63,682 bases of DNA, filler included, from Octopus bimaculoides (GCF_001194135.2; 4 parts of 4 records of this genome joined end to end with filler, not necessarily neighbours in it), one strand, 5' to 3'; shown: positions 36,657-50,366, counted from the whole stretch's first letter. Numbers and translations are program-made. The notes: generated by a model from the letters alone, not told the origin.

Positions 36657-36672
36657 GACCCTCTAGCGGCCA
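36657..36672 (-). promoter_or_regulatory. Possible CTCF-like motif TGGCCGCTAGAGGGTC
   Basis: Fits the CTCF core CC(A/G)C(C/T)AG(A/G)(G/T)GGC except at the final positions. Motif similarity only. Confidence 0.22.
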
Positions 36673-37716
36673 TTCCTAAGGGTGTTCCATTGAAAAGAGA
36701 CGCCAGCCAGTCTCCACACTGTCCAAGCCCATTTCTCTAGCAAACACACCTTTTCTGTTTTTGTAAAGCCTTACGTTTCATATTTTTATTATAAAAATAT
36801 TTTTATGTAATTATTTTCTGTGGAAACTGAGATACAGCATGTTTTATTATATTCATGTCTAATTAGAAAAAGGTGGGGGATGTTGTTGTATTGAAAACTT
36901 TTAACACGCCGGACGAAATACTGCTACGCATTTCGTCCATATTTATGTCCGGAGTTCAAATTCCGCCGAGGTCGACTTTGTCTTTCTTTCTTCGATATGT
37001 ACCAGCTGATCTGTTCTAAAGGCTGAGGTTTTAAGTTTAGTTGTTTCGATACAAAAAGTCTGATGAGAAGAAGCAAAGGTAAAATGGGGTTATTTAACTC
37101 TTAGGTTAACTCTGATCAAACGGTTTGTAGCGAGGCCTAGATTCGAAACCGTGTAGGTTTAGTAACTAGACTCAGGCCATATCAGTGACCAATGAGCGAA
37201 ACATGTTCCAACTGGGAGTTTCCAGTTGTGTGTGTGTGTGTCAGAAACAACATAGTCCGATGTATATGTCTTAATTTAACAGTTCGGTGTGGTGTGACGG
37301 CGATTTGGTTGTTATTTCTAAACAGATCGAACAGCGACTGTCTGTAGATCCTCTCTTTGTCTGCTTGAGTGGGATTGCGGCAGTCACGTGACACCGATCC
37401 ATGATGTCAGAAAGATGGAGGAAGTTAAACCAATACAACTGTAGTATTGGCACTAAAGCAGAACCGATAGTTCTGTCTCTTCATTAAATATAAACCAACA
37501 TATTGATCCAACAGACGTACGTACCCCTAGCAGTCTGTCTGTCTGTCCCCCAACTGGTCTGTCAGTCTGTGTGTCTGTCTCCTTGTCTCTCACCTCTCCA
37601 CCTCCAAACTATTTTCTTATCAATGGCTAAGCTTCTATCTTTCTGTGTCAAATAGATTTGTTTGAGATATTTCCAGATATCAATACTCATATAGATAAAG
37701 ATGATAATAATAATAA

Positions 37717-37932
37717 TCTTTTCTACTAAATGCACAAGGCCTTGAAAATTTTGGTGGGGAAGGGGGCTAATCGATTACATCGACCCCAGTGTGAGACTGG
37801 TACTTAGTTTATCGACCCCGAAAGGATAAAAGGCAAATTTGACCTCGGCGGAATTTGAACTCAGAACGTAGCGACGGGTGAAATACCGCTAAGCAGTTCG
37901 TCCAGCGTGCTAGCGATTCTGCCAGCTCGCCA
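37717..37932 (-). mobile_element. Family B SINE
   Basis: Reverse-complement family B head and core. Confidence 0.78.
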
Positions 37933-38727
37933 TTCTGCTCAATACCACAGATTTGCTTGTCATTTGCTTGGCTTTCACCAGTTGAGCATGTCCCTTAGTG
38001 GCTGGCGATATGTGCATCTCTGATCACGAGTAGGAATAGTGTGAGAGCATCATAGCCATGTGTTGAGAGGGATTCTTTGGGGTTCGAATAATTCACCTCT
38101 GGAAATGTGGGTGCTTTTTTGTTCATCATCGTTAAACAAACCTTATTCAGGGACNNNNNNNNNNNNNNNNNNNNNNNNNNNNNNNNNNNNNNNNNNNNNN
38201 NNNNNNNNNNNNNNNNNNNNNNNNNNNNNNNNNNNNNNNNNNNNNNNNNNNNNNNNNNNNNNNNNNNNNNNNNNNNNNNNNNNNNNNNNNNNNNNNNNNN
38301 NNNNNNNNNNNNNNNNNNNNNNNNNNNNNNNNNNNNNNNNNNNNNNNNNNNNNNNNNNNNNNNNNNNNNNNNNNNNNNNNNNNNNNNNNNNNNNNNNNNN
38401 NNNNNNNNNNNNNNNNNNNNNNNNNNNNNNNNNNNNNNNNNNNNNNNNNNNNNNNNNNNNNNNNNNNNNNNNNNNNNNNNNNNNNNNNNNNNNNNNNNNN
38501 NNNNNNNNNNNNNNNNNNNNNNNNNNNNNNNNNNNNNNNNNNNNNNNNNNNNNNNNNNNNNNNNNNNNNNNNNNNNNNNNNNNNNNNNNNNNNNNNNNNN
38601 NNNNNNNNNNNNNNNNNNNNNNNNNNNNNNNNNNNNNNNNNNNNNNNNNNNNNNNNNNNNNNNNNNNNNNNNNNNNNNNNNNNNNNNNNNNNNNNNNNNN
38701 NNNNNNNNNNNNAAAATCTGTCATACC

Positions 38728-38767
38728 GGCCATGACGAAGGGAAATAGCCCTGAAACTCGAGTCGCC
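38728..38767 (+). ncRNA. Minimal type I hammerhead ribozyme motif with a one-base core insertion
   Basis: GGC-C(A)UGACGA-AGGG-AAAUAG-CCCU-GAA-ACUCGAGU-C-GCC. Stem I GGC/GCC, stem II AGGG/CCCU, palindromic stem III ACUCGAGU and GUC cleavage triplet. Extra A between C3 and U4. Confidence 0.65.
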
Positions 38768-39134
38768 TTTATATATATATATTTATATATTTGATCCTTT
38801 ATATTGAACACTCAATATTTCATCTACATTCAATACTTTCTTTCATGGTGCCATCCATTTTTATTTTATTTTATTTTATATTGTATATTGTATATCATAT
38901 TATATATTGTATATTCCATATTCTATACCCCACATTAGTTCTGCAGGAATATAAATAAAACATAAAAAACAGACAGTGTTGGAACTCTTTTAAGCAAAAT
39001 AATATATATATATATATATGTCTGTGTGTATAGCAAAAATAATTTAAAGTCCAACGGATTTTGTTTATTTATATATATATATATATAAATAATAATATAT
39101 ATATACATACATACATACATACACACACACATAG

Positions 39135-39575
39135 AGGTCGTCGTCGACTTTCGACCACAATAGGTTTCGACTGACTGGTCGTAAGTCGGCATATAGACCT
39201 ACATAGCGTTGTTTTATATTTTTACATTCTTGAGGTACATTCTGAAGTAAAAGTCACACACAACATTCTGTATTATATTACAACAATGTTATTTGTTCGG
39301 AGTCTCAAGCAGTCATCTAATAAATACGAGGTTGCCTCGATGTCTCTGCGACAGGATATTCATCCAACACTTGGGATAACCAAAGTGGCGACCGATACCC
39401 AAACCTAGCTTAAGCGTTTGGTAGCTGGTGTCATCCGTAGACGGGTTAATTTCTAAGAAATTAAACCCATTAGATTTCAACTGAACTATTTATTATTGCT
39501 GCCAGTAGCTGGCGCGCCAGTCGTCGTAAAGTCGATCGGTTGTAAGTCGGGTAGGTCGTAAGTCGACGACGACCT
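39135..39575. mobile_element. pogo/Tigger-like MITE
   Basis: TIRs AGGTCGTCGTCGACTT(T/A)CGACC, 22 bp with 1 mismatch, at 39135-39156 and 39554-39575, with subterminal GTCGTAAGTCG repeats. Resembles Tigger-type CAGGTAGTCC.CGACTTACGAC termini. Confidence 0.7.
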
Positions 39576-39594
39576 GTGTATATATATATATATA

Positions 39595-39694
39595 NNNNNN
39601 NNNNNNNNNNNNNNNNNNNNNNNNNNNNNNNNNNNNNNTTAATTAATTAANNNNNNNNNNNNNNNNNNNNNNNNNNNNNNNNNNNNNNNNNNNN
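39595..39694. other. Artificial 100-bp assembly join
   Basis: 44N-TTAATTAATTAA-44N. Confidence 0.93.
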
Positions 39695-40689
39695 ATATAT
39701 ATATATATACATATATACACTCATGCGCGCGCGCGCTTAGTGGTTACCGCTGTTCAATTCAGCCAACAGTACAGCTTCTGCCACTTATCAGAATAATACA
39801 ATGTTTGTGTTAATTGCGATAAGCGTTCTTGTCGAGACGAATGTCATTTACATTTCGTTCATAATGAATAATATTAGTTATTGTTTTTGTTGTTACCTAA
39901 TTCCGTGACTTTTGATTTAGAATTGTTTTGCAGACGTTTAGTCTAATTGTATTGTGTTTTATTCTATGGTGTTTTTCTCATCCTCGTACTTATTGTTTTT
40001 GACTTTCATGACCGTATTGCTCTTATTCCTACTGTTAACATTGTAGAAATATTGTTTTGTTCTTCATTATATCATATTTTAGTTCTCCGATACAGATAAT
40101 TAGAAATGAACCGGTTAAAATACAATATTTGAGCAAGTAGTTAAAACTAGATAGGTGTATATGTTATGAAACAATATCAACTTTACGTCGGTGAGTCATA
40201 TTCTAGATTATAATATTGCATATATTTTTATATTAACCAATATTTTGTTGTTATTTTGAAATACTTTAATTCATGATATTTGTGATATATATTCACATGT
40301 GAATATACTTGTGTAAATGAATATATATGCGTCTGTATATGTATAATATATATACAATGGACATCAGTTGAAATAAGAACAGTAATAAACGAGTAAAAAA
40401 CGAATATAAAGTGCATTCGTTTATTTGCCAAAAATTATAACCGTACATAAAAATAACTACACACACACGCACAGACACACACATATTCTCAAATGTTTTG
40501 CGACTTATACGGCTGTCCCAGTTTCCAAGATTTTTGTATATTTAATATACCATTACTATGCATCTAATACGCTGTGATGCAAAGTTTTGTTATTCCAGAT
40601 TAGAAGATATCGCTTTAACAGTACATCGAGCACATCCTACCAAATACAAATTCTGTTAAAAAATGACTCAAACTGCTTATGGAATAAAA

Positions 40690-40930
40690 TGTATGAGCCG
40701 ACTATTTGTTTTTTGCGAGCAAATGTGTCCAGACAAAGCAACTCCACCGGGAAGCTCTTGATTATCTGCTTTTTTGACTGCAAGATCGTAATTTATGTTC
40801 ACTGGGTCAAAAGGTCAACAAAGTGTACTTTGTGAAGATTTTTTATGGAGTTCAAAAAGAGGTTTCATCGCCAAGGCCAAAACAACTGCATTAGGATTAT
40901 AAACACCTTCACAGTGTCACCTTGGTAACC
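40690..40930 (+). pseudogene. Old mariner transposase fragment
   Basis: STGKLLIICFFDCKIVIYVHWV resembles the mariner K.M..VFFD..G.I region that follows the first catalytic D. Heavily decayed. Confidence 0.45.
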
Positions 40931-41566
40931 AACTAATTGATAGAAATGCGCATCTTATTTGTCTCTCACCTGTCTACAGTCTCTACGCTGCACGAGAACC
41001 ACGAGAGCAGTCGTTTTGATAACAATGAGAAGATGAAGATAAATGCAACAAGATTCCTGCGCGCTCAGAACATGACGACGTCCGCGACAAGGGTTATGGA
41101 AGCAGAATATGAATATGTCTGCGAGAGGAGCTCTCACTTCAATGGAACACTCACGAATTGGTTGACTCGTAACAACAACTGCATTGAAATCACGGACCTT
41201 GTGCTAAAATTTGAACTCAATATTGATTTAGCTACACAATGATACAATTAACGAACTATATACAATGCACAAACCTATAACGATTGAATTCAAGTAGAGT
41301 AGTATGTATGGACATGAGCTACTCACTAGAAAACAATTAAAACCCTCCGTATCCCGAATGGGGGGTAGGTCGGTTATTATGGAGAGGTTGATAAATATGA
41401 TATTAGGAACTTCGAAATAAAACCTATAGTTGAAAAAGTATGGTTGAATTAGAAAAGATTTGGTTAAAACGCATGTTTAGAAGAAAAGCTGCAGTTTCAC
41501 TGGCCTTCATCTCTCTTTCCTTCACCTTTCTATCTCTCTGTAAATGTATTTACATTCATATAAATA

Positions 41567-42848
41567 TTGGGTTGTCCGGAAAGTTCGTGCCGATTTATAG
41601 TAGCTTACCTTTCGACTTATTTTAGAACATGGTTAAGTCCATAAAATAGGATTTGACTACAACTCCATTTAGAACCCAGATTAAGCTATCTTTTCGTGGA
41701 AGAAAGTTTATGTTCCTACAACCTGTTTAAATTCTGTAATCCTTTAAAATGGAAGATAAGAAAATTAATTTTCTGCATTTGAAGCTTTTCTTTTTCCGTA
41801 AAGGAAAAAATGCCTCACAAGCAACCAAAGAAATGTGTGCAGTTTATGGTGATGTTTCTTTATCCGAAAGAACTGTACGGAAGTGGTTCGCAAGGTTCCG
41901 AGTAGGAGATTGTAGCCTTATTGATAAAGAGCGATCAGGCATACCATCCACTACAGATGAGGACCAAATGAAGTCATTAATTGAGAATAACCCACATTGC
42001 ACAACCCGAGAAATGGCAGAAACCCTCAACCTATCAAAATCCGTCGTTCATGAGCACCTGGTAAAGCTTGGGTACACAAATCGCTACGATGTTTGGGTAC
42101 CACATGAGTTGAGTGAGAAGAAACTTCTGATTGCATTTCCCTCTGTGATTCGCTTTATAAACGGAATGAAAACGCGCCTTTTTAAAGTAAATTGTGACAG
42201 GTGATGAGAAATGGATTATCTACCGAAATGTTCAGATAAAGCAATCCTGGAGTAAGCGACATGAGCCACCCTTAGCCACCCCAAAAGCGGGTCTTGACAC
42301 TAAAAAAGTCTTGCTTTGTGTCAGATGGGATTAGAAAGGAATTCTGTACTATGAGTTTCACCCAAGTAACCAGACAATTAATTCTGAGAAATACTGCACA
42401 CAACTGGACGAGTTAAAAGCACCAATTCAAGAGAAACGTCCAGAATTGGCCAACAGCAAGAGTGTTGTTTTCCAACATGATAATGCAAGACTGCACGTTT
42501 CTTTGGGAACCAGACAAACATTGCTGCAGCTCGGCTAGGATGTGTTACACCACCCTCCATATTCACCAGATATTGCTATTTCGGATTTCCTCTTATTCAG
42601 GTCTCTGCAGAATATTCTTAATGGCAAAAACTTCAATTCCTTGGATGACGTAAAAAGATACCTTAACGAATTCTTTGCTATGAAACCACCTCAATTCTGG
42701 GAAGAGTGTATTTTCAAGTTAAAGGAAAGGTGGAGACGCATTGTGCAACAAAATGATTCATTTGTGGTTGATTAAAAATGTAATGGGAAGTATTTATTGA
42801 CCTTTTTCTTTCTTATAAAGATCGGCACGAACTTTCCGGACAACCCAA
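41567..42848 (+). mobile_element. Full-length mariner (Tc1/mariner, DD34D) element, 1282 bp
   Basis: Perfect 28-bp TIRs TTGGGTTGTCCGGAAAGTTCGTGCCGAT, with TA target duplication at 41565-41566 and 42849-42850. Confidence 0.95.
41749..42775 (+). pseudogene. Inactivated mariner transposase
   Basis: HTH N-terminus and WVPHEL, IVTGDEKW, HDNAR and HPPYSPDIAISDF motifs, with 34 residues between the 2nd and 3rd D. Frameshifts near 42125 and 42180; TAG stops at 42332 and 42536. Confidence 0.93.
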
Positions 42849-44653
42849 TATATGCATGGATGTGCATATCTATGAGTATACATATACATATACACACGCA
42901 CACACACACAAAACACACACACGCACGCACGTATCTATATATACGTACATATACGTACATACATATATATATATATATATATATAATTGTGTGTATGTGC
43001 ATATGTGAGTATGCGTATGTGTGTATTATGATGGGGAGATAAACAGATATACAAATTGGAATAGTCTAATAGTTACCAAGATAAACGAACGTCTAGGAAA
43101 ACAGAGAGAGAAAGAGGGGAGAGGTAGAGAAAGAGAGAAAGAGAGAAGAAAGAAAGTAAGATAAAAAAACTAAAAGACGGAATACAAAAAATGATTTATG
43201 AAGAGAAAATGTGTCTGAGAATATAGGAGTGCTTGTTAGAGTTGTTAATGCCCGTGTACGTGGGTGTATATGTGTGTATGTGTATCTCAGTGTATGTATG
43301 TGTGTGCATGTGAAAATGTGCAGATTTGGAATCAGTTTGCGAAGCGATATAAATCCGCACAAAGTTAATTGTGCATTTTGTGTGAGCAAGTTATGCATAG
43401 ATAATTGTATTGATTCTAATATGTCTAGGACGTGTAAATGGCATTGATAGGAATAGTATTTACTTTGTCGAAACGGGCCTAGCTATATGTAATTCATCGC
43501 GCATATATACAATACTTACATAGACATATATGTATCTGTATGTGTATAGAATACATATCTGCATACGTATGCATATATCTATATATATATATATATATNN
43601 NNNNNNNNNNNNNNNNNNNNNNNNNNNNNNNNNNNNNNNNNNNNNNNNNNNNNNNNNNNNNNNNNNNNNNNNNNNNNNNNNNNNNNNNNNNNNNNNNNNN
43701 NNNNNNNNNNNNNNNNNNNNNNNNNNNNNNNNNNNNNNNNNNNNNNNNNNNNNNNNNNNNNNNNNNNNNNNNNNNNNNNNNNNNNNNNNNNNNNNNNNNN
43801 NNNNNNNNNNNNNNNNNNNNNNNNNNNNNNNNNNNNNNNNNNNNNNNNNNNNNNNNNNNNNNNNNNNNNNNNNNNNATATACATAAACGTATATGTATAT
43901 ATTCATTTTATATATGCACACATACGAATGCACTTACATGCTTATATGGGTATGCTGTTAAAAATATTACGCCTCCGTGTACTTTTCTGCAAATTATCTT
44001 GCATTTGTATTCTAATGATAAGTTTTCACTATCTTTTCCTCTTTTCCTCACTCACTTGATCTTTCTCGCTAGTTTTGCGCTTGTTTGTCAGTCCGTTTCT
44101 TTGCCGGTTATATTATGTATATATATATATATATATATATATGCTTGTGTGTAATGTGTATTTTTTTGTGTCTTGTATATGGATGTAACCGCTTCTGTGG
44201 ATTTCCTTCCTTCTCCCTCTCTTACATTTCTCCTAATTATCTAGTCGCGGTTAGACTTCATTCCCGTTTTTGTAGTAGCATTACGGTTAATAGGTTAATT
44301 GTCCAATATGGTCTACCAACGAAATTGCGCAGCTATTTCATAAAATGCGTAGAATGCAGACAACGATTATAAATAGATACATGAAAATGCATATATATAT
44401 ATATATACACTCACACGCACACGCACGGGTACACACACTCCGACACACATATACATATCAGTCTATCTATTTCTTTTTCTATGTATGTATCTACCTATCT
44501 TTGTTTTCCCATGCACATATGTATATTTACACGCACATTTATTGTATATATGTGAGTGTATGTACATCTGTATCTGTCTATAGCTATTTATCGATAGGTA
44601 TACGTATGTGTGCTTGCGTATGTGTATATATATGTGTGCGTATTGAAAGATGT

Positions 44654-44730
<77 letters not shown>

Positions 44731-45321
44731 AAATAGATAGATACATTTATACATTTATACATTCACTCATACATAGAGCTAAACGCGTATGTGTATCTGT
44801 GTGCATATGTGTGAACACTTCTTTTAGTTATAGAATTTTATACCATTAAACAAAAAATGCAGTGAATATTATCGAAAGTATTTGCCAGACACAAAGGGTT
44901 TAATTAGTTCTTTATTTAGCCATAATTTTGTTATTTCTTCTGAACTCTCACAAACGTTGAAAGAACCTCAAATCCGATTATCGGTATTATCAATCGTGAT
45001 ATCATTTGTTTGATTCATTTCTTTGTTCGTTACCTCCATACACTACATTCAGCCATTACTAACTAACGGGGGAAGCTTCTACTCGATTACTCATAATGCT
45101 TCCGTGAGAAGAAGAAAAAAGAAGAAAGAAAACAAAATACAGGCGGTATTTATCTAATGTAAACCACGTCTGAAAAAACACATTAGGATTGAGGTATTAC
45201 GCTACCCTGTGTGTTTGATCATATGATCGGATGTGGGCTAAATAAAAGGCGGGCAGCTACCATAAGACTGCGTGACAGATGGTGATGTACACACAATTTT
45301 ATGGGCAGAACTATCATGCTT

Positions 45322-45745
45322 TCTATTAAAGGCACAAGGCCTGAAATTCTGGGGAGGGTGATAATCGATTAAAACGACTCCAGTGCGTAACTGGTACTTA
45401 ATATATCGACCCCGAAAGAATGAACGGCAAAGTCGACCTCGGCGGAATTTGAACTCAGAACTTAGCGAGGGGCAAAATACCGCTAAGCATTCCGTCCAGC
45501 GTTCTAACAATTCTTAGATTTTTATTGCCCACAAGGGGCTAAACATAGAGGGGACAAACAAGGATAGACAAAGTGATTTAGTCGATTACATCGACCCCAT
45601 TGCGTAACAGGTACTTAATTTATCGACCCCGAAGGGATGAAAGGCAAAGTCGACCTCGGCGGAATTTGAACTCAGAACGTAGCGAGGGGCAAAATACCGC
45701 TAAATATTTCTTCCAGAGTGCGAACATTTCTGCCAGCTCGCCACC
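45322..45745 (-). mobile_element. Two adjacent family B SINE copies with different 3' tails
   Basis: Two GGCAAAGTCGACCTCGGCGGAATTTGAACTCAGAAC cores at about 45425 and 45643. Confidence 0.8.
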
Positions 45746-48700
45746 CTAACCAGCAGAAATATTATGAAAATGTTACACACACATACACACACAAACATAT
45801 ATATTGAAGCGAATGTGAAAACGAAAGTAGCACTTGCATTTCGTTGCAGTTGCATTAATTTAATAGCGATTTTACTCAAGTCCACATGACTTTAAAAATT
45901 TGCCAGCGCACAGGACATGCCCATTTCATCATGTGATCAAATGGATATTCATCTACAGAATATTATACGCCCATATAATATTTCGAAATAATGTCATATG
46001 GAACTGAGTCAGAATGAAGCGCACGCACACAGTTATGTGTGAGTATGTGTGTCTGTGTGTATACACACACCCACACACATAAAGGAGCAGATGTAGCTGT
46101 GTGGCACGAAATCAGTTTCCCGACCACTTAACCACTTTGCAGGTTCAGTTGTCCCCTTTAATACTGCCGCAAGTCGACCAAAGCTTTTGTGAGTGGATTT
46201 GATAGAGGGAAACTGAAAGAAGCTTGTCGCATATGGTATATATGCCTATATCTTCGAATGTGTTTGCTTTTGTCTTTTGTTTGTCTACCGTTAACACTTA
46301 TCCACTGGTGTTAGTTTTCTTATGTACCCGTACCTTTGAGTATAGTGCCTGACTTTAAATAAATAAGTACTGGGGCCGATCTGCTTGACTAAAACTCTTC
46401 ATGGTGGTGCCCCAACATGATTGCCGTGGAATGATTGAAATAAGTAAAATATGTTGTGTGTGTGTTTGTGCTAGTATATGCGTTTGCATGTATGCTTAAG
46501 GATGTAACATAAGCGTTGTGACTGTTCGAATTGTAAAAAAAATATCCCTTTACTCAATCTGTAAATGACCCTCCTGGAAATGTTTTTAAGATCTTTTAAA
46601 ATGGATAGGTAATGGTTATTTGATCATATATTTAAAGTAATCTGACTAGAGGTCTTGCATTCAAACAATAGCAGCAGCGGCAGTAGTAGTAGTGGCAGCA
46701 TCATTAATAGTAGAAACAATGGCAGTAATATCAACATCAACTATGCTTTAAAGAATCGATATATAGTGAGAATAATCATATGAGGGTTCTTGTGGGTAAA
46801 CGATCGTTGTGCAACACAACAAACATGTCATATGCATAGAACACTTCATGACAAAGCGTTCAGGCAATAAATGCAGCGAAGACACCTTTAGGTCTCTGAA
46901 CATTTGTTCGACCAGCTAGAAATAGCAACTAAAATTTCTTTAAATTACATTCCAGTGGCTTGAAATTCTTTGAATGCCTTGGGTAGTGTAAGCTTTAACA
47001 TATATTGTCAGATGAATACCCTTTGGTAAAAAGTCCGCTTAGTCAGGGTTAAACCGTAATAAGCTTAACATATCGTTGTGCTTTATCGAGAGACATCAAT
47101 GACGTTAATTCTGCAGATATGAATATTCCTTATACTACCTGGGCAGTAATGCTTTCCTTCTGCTGGCCAACTGTTCCGATAAGATTAGGGGTTCGGTTTC
47201 AAAAGATATGGTTGGCTAGTTGAATCAGGCTTCAGTAAAAACTGAGTTGTTCATCTGCAACGATGATAATCATTCATATTTTTGTAGAAATGTAGCAACC
47301 AGCTTCTTTTAGACGAAGAGTGCAAAGAGCTTAACGTAGGTAAAGTGTGAAGTGACTTCGTAAACATAACCTCGACTTGTAATATGAAATGTCATATATG
47401 CCTGATGTTAACGAGCAGATGCCTCTTTTTTTTTTTGTTTTGTTTTCGAATTTTCAGATATCAACAGAGTAGATCATCTGGAACGAATTAATATGATTAA
47501 CATTTACATATTTTGTGTCGAGTGCAAATAATATGTTGTAAGGCTTGTTGCGTCTTTATCTACAATGTGGAGTTCTAGGAAATAAATATTGACTTTCTAA
47601 CAGCTGAATCGTTCAATTTCGTTACAGAGGCGATAATCCATAGTCATCGAGCAGATAGGTAATAAAAAGAGAAAGTGAGAGAAGAGAGAGAGAGAGAGAA
47701 AGAAAGAGAGACAAAGAGAGAGCAATAAGGAGGAAGAGATAGAGGGAGAGAGACAGACAGACAGACAGACAGACATACATGTTGAGAGAGAGAGAAAGAA
47801 ACAGGGAGCGAGAGAGACAGATCGTAAGTAAACACTACTTTGTGTTTACCTTTTTGTGGTATTTTCTTTAGGTGGGCGTGATAGATTTGAAATGCAAGTT
47901 TATGAGGAGAAAAGTCGAATAGGTGAAGACATATGCATTGCTAATTATAGAATATATTATATAATGGATTTTAGGACAACGATTTAAGTAAGAAGTAATA
48001 ATAACAAATACCTTTACTTGACTATTTTCTCTACACCTTACACATAATCAAGTCACATTAAATTTCTTTTTTTTTTTTATTATAAGGTATAATTATTAAT
48101 ATATTCTCTCAAACAAATAGCAAAAAAATGAGTTCGTAGCAAAGCATTGTTTGCAATGTATTGGACAATGTGATTCATGTGTTGAATTCTGGGTAGATCC
48201 GCAGTTATATTCAAAGGTTATTGTTGCAAGTAAACTGCGTAACTTTCACGTCAGAAACATAGAAGACTTTATCAATAAAATGTATTCCACTGCACAATAG
48301 ATGCAGACGTTTCTGAAATGAAATCTTAACTCCTTTATTAGGATTTGCATTAACGTGGTATTACTGTTGTTCTTCCTGATGTTGTTTTTCTCAGGTCAGC
48401 CATGAACGTGGTCTTGAATCCAATACGTTGCAGTGAAAATTCTACCTGTTGATTTCTGTCTAAGACTACATTATATAATGTCTCATTGTCATTACCTTCT
48501 GCTGAGAGTCTGCGTTGGAGTGAGGTTTGAGGGAAAAACCCATTACAAGGTCCGGAAGTTTGAGCGATAGCGAAGAGGTTACATCACTCGTATGTGAGGA
48601 AAGCTTGTATGGAGTATGCATGTAATTACCAACTTAGATTCTAAATATTGGCACAAAGGCAGCAGTTTTAAGTATGTCATGAATCGATTGAATAGCCCTC

Positions 48701-50366
48701 ACTTTTCAGCTGGTACTTAATTTATAGATCCCGAAAGATAAGGGACAAAGTGAACTTAGGCAGGATGTAAAGATGGATGAAATACCGCAAAGCTTGCTGC
48801 CTTACGAACAATTGCTAATATTCCTTTCTGTCTTTGGCTGAGGATGCTAATCATTTACATTGACCCTACTGCTTAACTGGTACTTATTTTATCGATCCCC
48901 GAAGGATGAAAGGAGAAACCCACCCCGTAGACATATGAAATTAGAACCTAAAGCTAAATGAAAAGCAGTTAAGCATTTTGCCGGTGTGATAAGCACTCTG
49001 TCAGCTCGACGTATTAGAGTAATCACGANNNNNNNNNNNNNNNNNNNNNNNNNNNNNNNNNNNNNNNNNNNNNNNNNNNNNNNNNNNNNNNNNNNNNNNN
49101 NNNNNNNNNNNNNNNNNNNNNNNNNNNNNNNNNNNNNNNNNNNNNNNNNNNNNNNNNNNNNNNNNNNNNNNNNNNNNNNNNNNNNNNNNNNNNNNNNNNN
49201 NNNNNNNNNNNNNNNNNNNNNNNNNNNNNNNNNNNNNNNNNNNNNNNNNNNNNNNNNNNNNNNNNNNNNNNNNNNNNNNNNNNNNNNNNNNNNNNNNNNN
49301 NNNNNNNNNNNNNNNNNNNNNNNNNNNNNNNNNNNNNNNNNNNNNNNNNNNNNNNNNNNNNNNNNNNNNNNNNNNNNNNNNNNNNNNNNNNNNNNNNNNN
49401 NNNNNNNNNNNNNNNNNNNNNNNNNNNNNNNNNNNNNNNNNNNNNNNNNNNNNNNNNNNNNNNNNNNNNNNNNNNNNNNNNNNNNNNNNNNNNNNNNNNN
49501 NNNNNNNNNNNNNNNNNNNNNNNNNNNNNNNNNNNNNNNNNNNNNNNNNNNNNNNNNNNNNNNNNNNNNNNNNNNNNNNNNNNNNNNNNNNNNNNNNNNN
49601 NNNNNNNNNNNNNNNNNNNNNNNNNNNNNNNNNNNNNNNNNNNNNNNNNNNNNNNNNNNNNNNNNNNNNNNNNNNNNNNNNNNNNNNNNNNNNNNNNNNN
49701 NNNNNNNNNNNNNNNNNNNNNNNNNNNNNNNNNNNNNNNNNNNNNNNNNNNNNNNNNNNNNNNNNNNNNNNNNNNNNNNNNNNNNNNNNNNNNNNNNNNN
49801 NNNNNNNNNNNNNNNNNNNNNNNNNNNNNNNNNNNNNNNNNNNNNNNNNNNNNNNNNNNNNNNNNNNNNNNNNNNNNNNNNNNNNNNNNNNNNNNNNNNN
49901 NNNNNNNNNNNNNNNNNNNNNNNNNNNNNNNNNNNNNNNNNNNNNNNNNNNNNNNNNNNNNNNTATATTTATATAAATATATTATATATAGTGTATATTT
50001 GTATAGAGCAAATGGCTAAAGTCAGTTTGGTGTGAAGATGGGGTATTTACAGAGAAGCACTCAACCTGAATACTGGCCTATCAACACTGTCGAGATCCAA
50101 CCCAAAGCCGGAGTATTTCTGATGTTGAAAATCCAAGTTTCATGACCATTATATCATCATATGGTTTGGCGAAATGTAAATAATCAATGAAAAAAAGAAA
50201 TCACAAAATTCTTTAACACACCTTTATTATAAGTTACAAATGTTTCTGTACCATCTCTGTTTGCAACACCAGTTTACGCGAACATTCTAAAAGAAAGGTT
50301 ACGTGATATTTGCGGTTTTAGTCTTTGGAGAGGCATTTCCTCAGATTGCGTCAAAGTTGTGCTATC

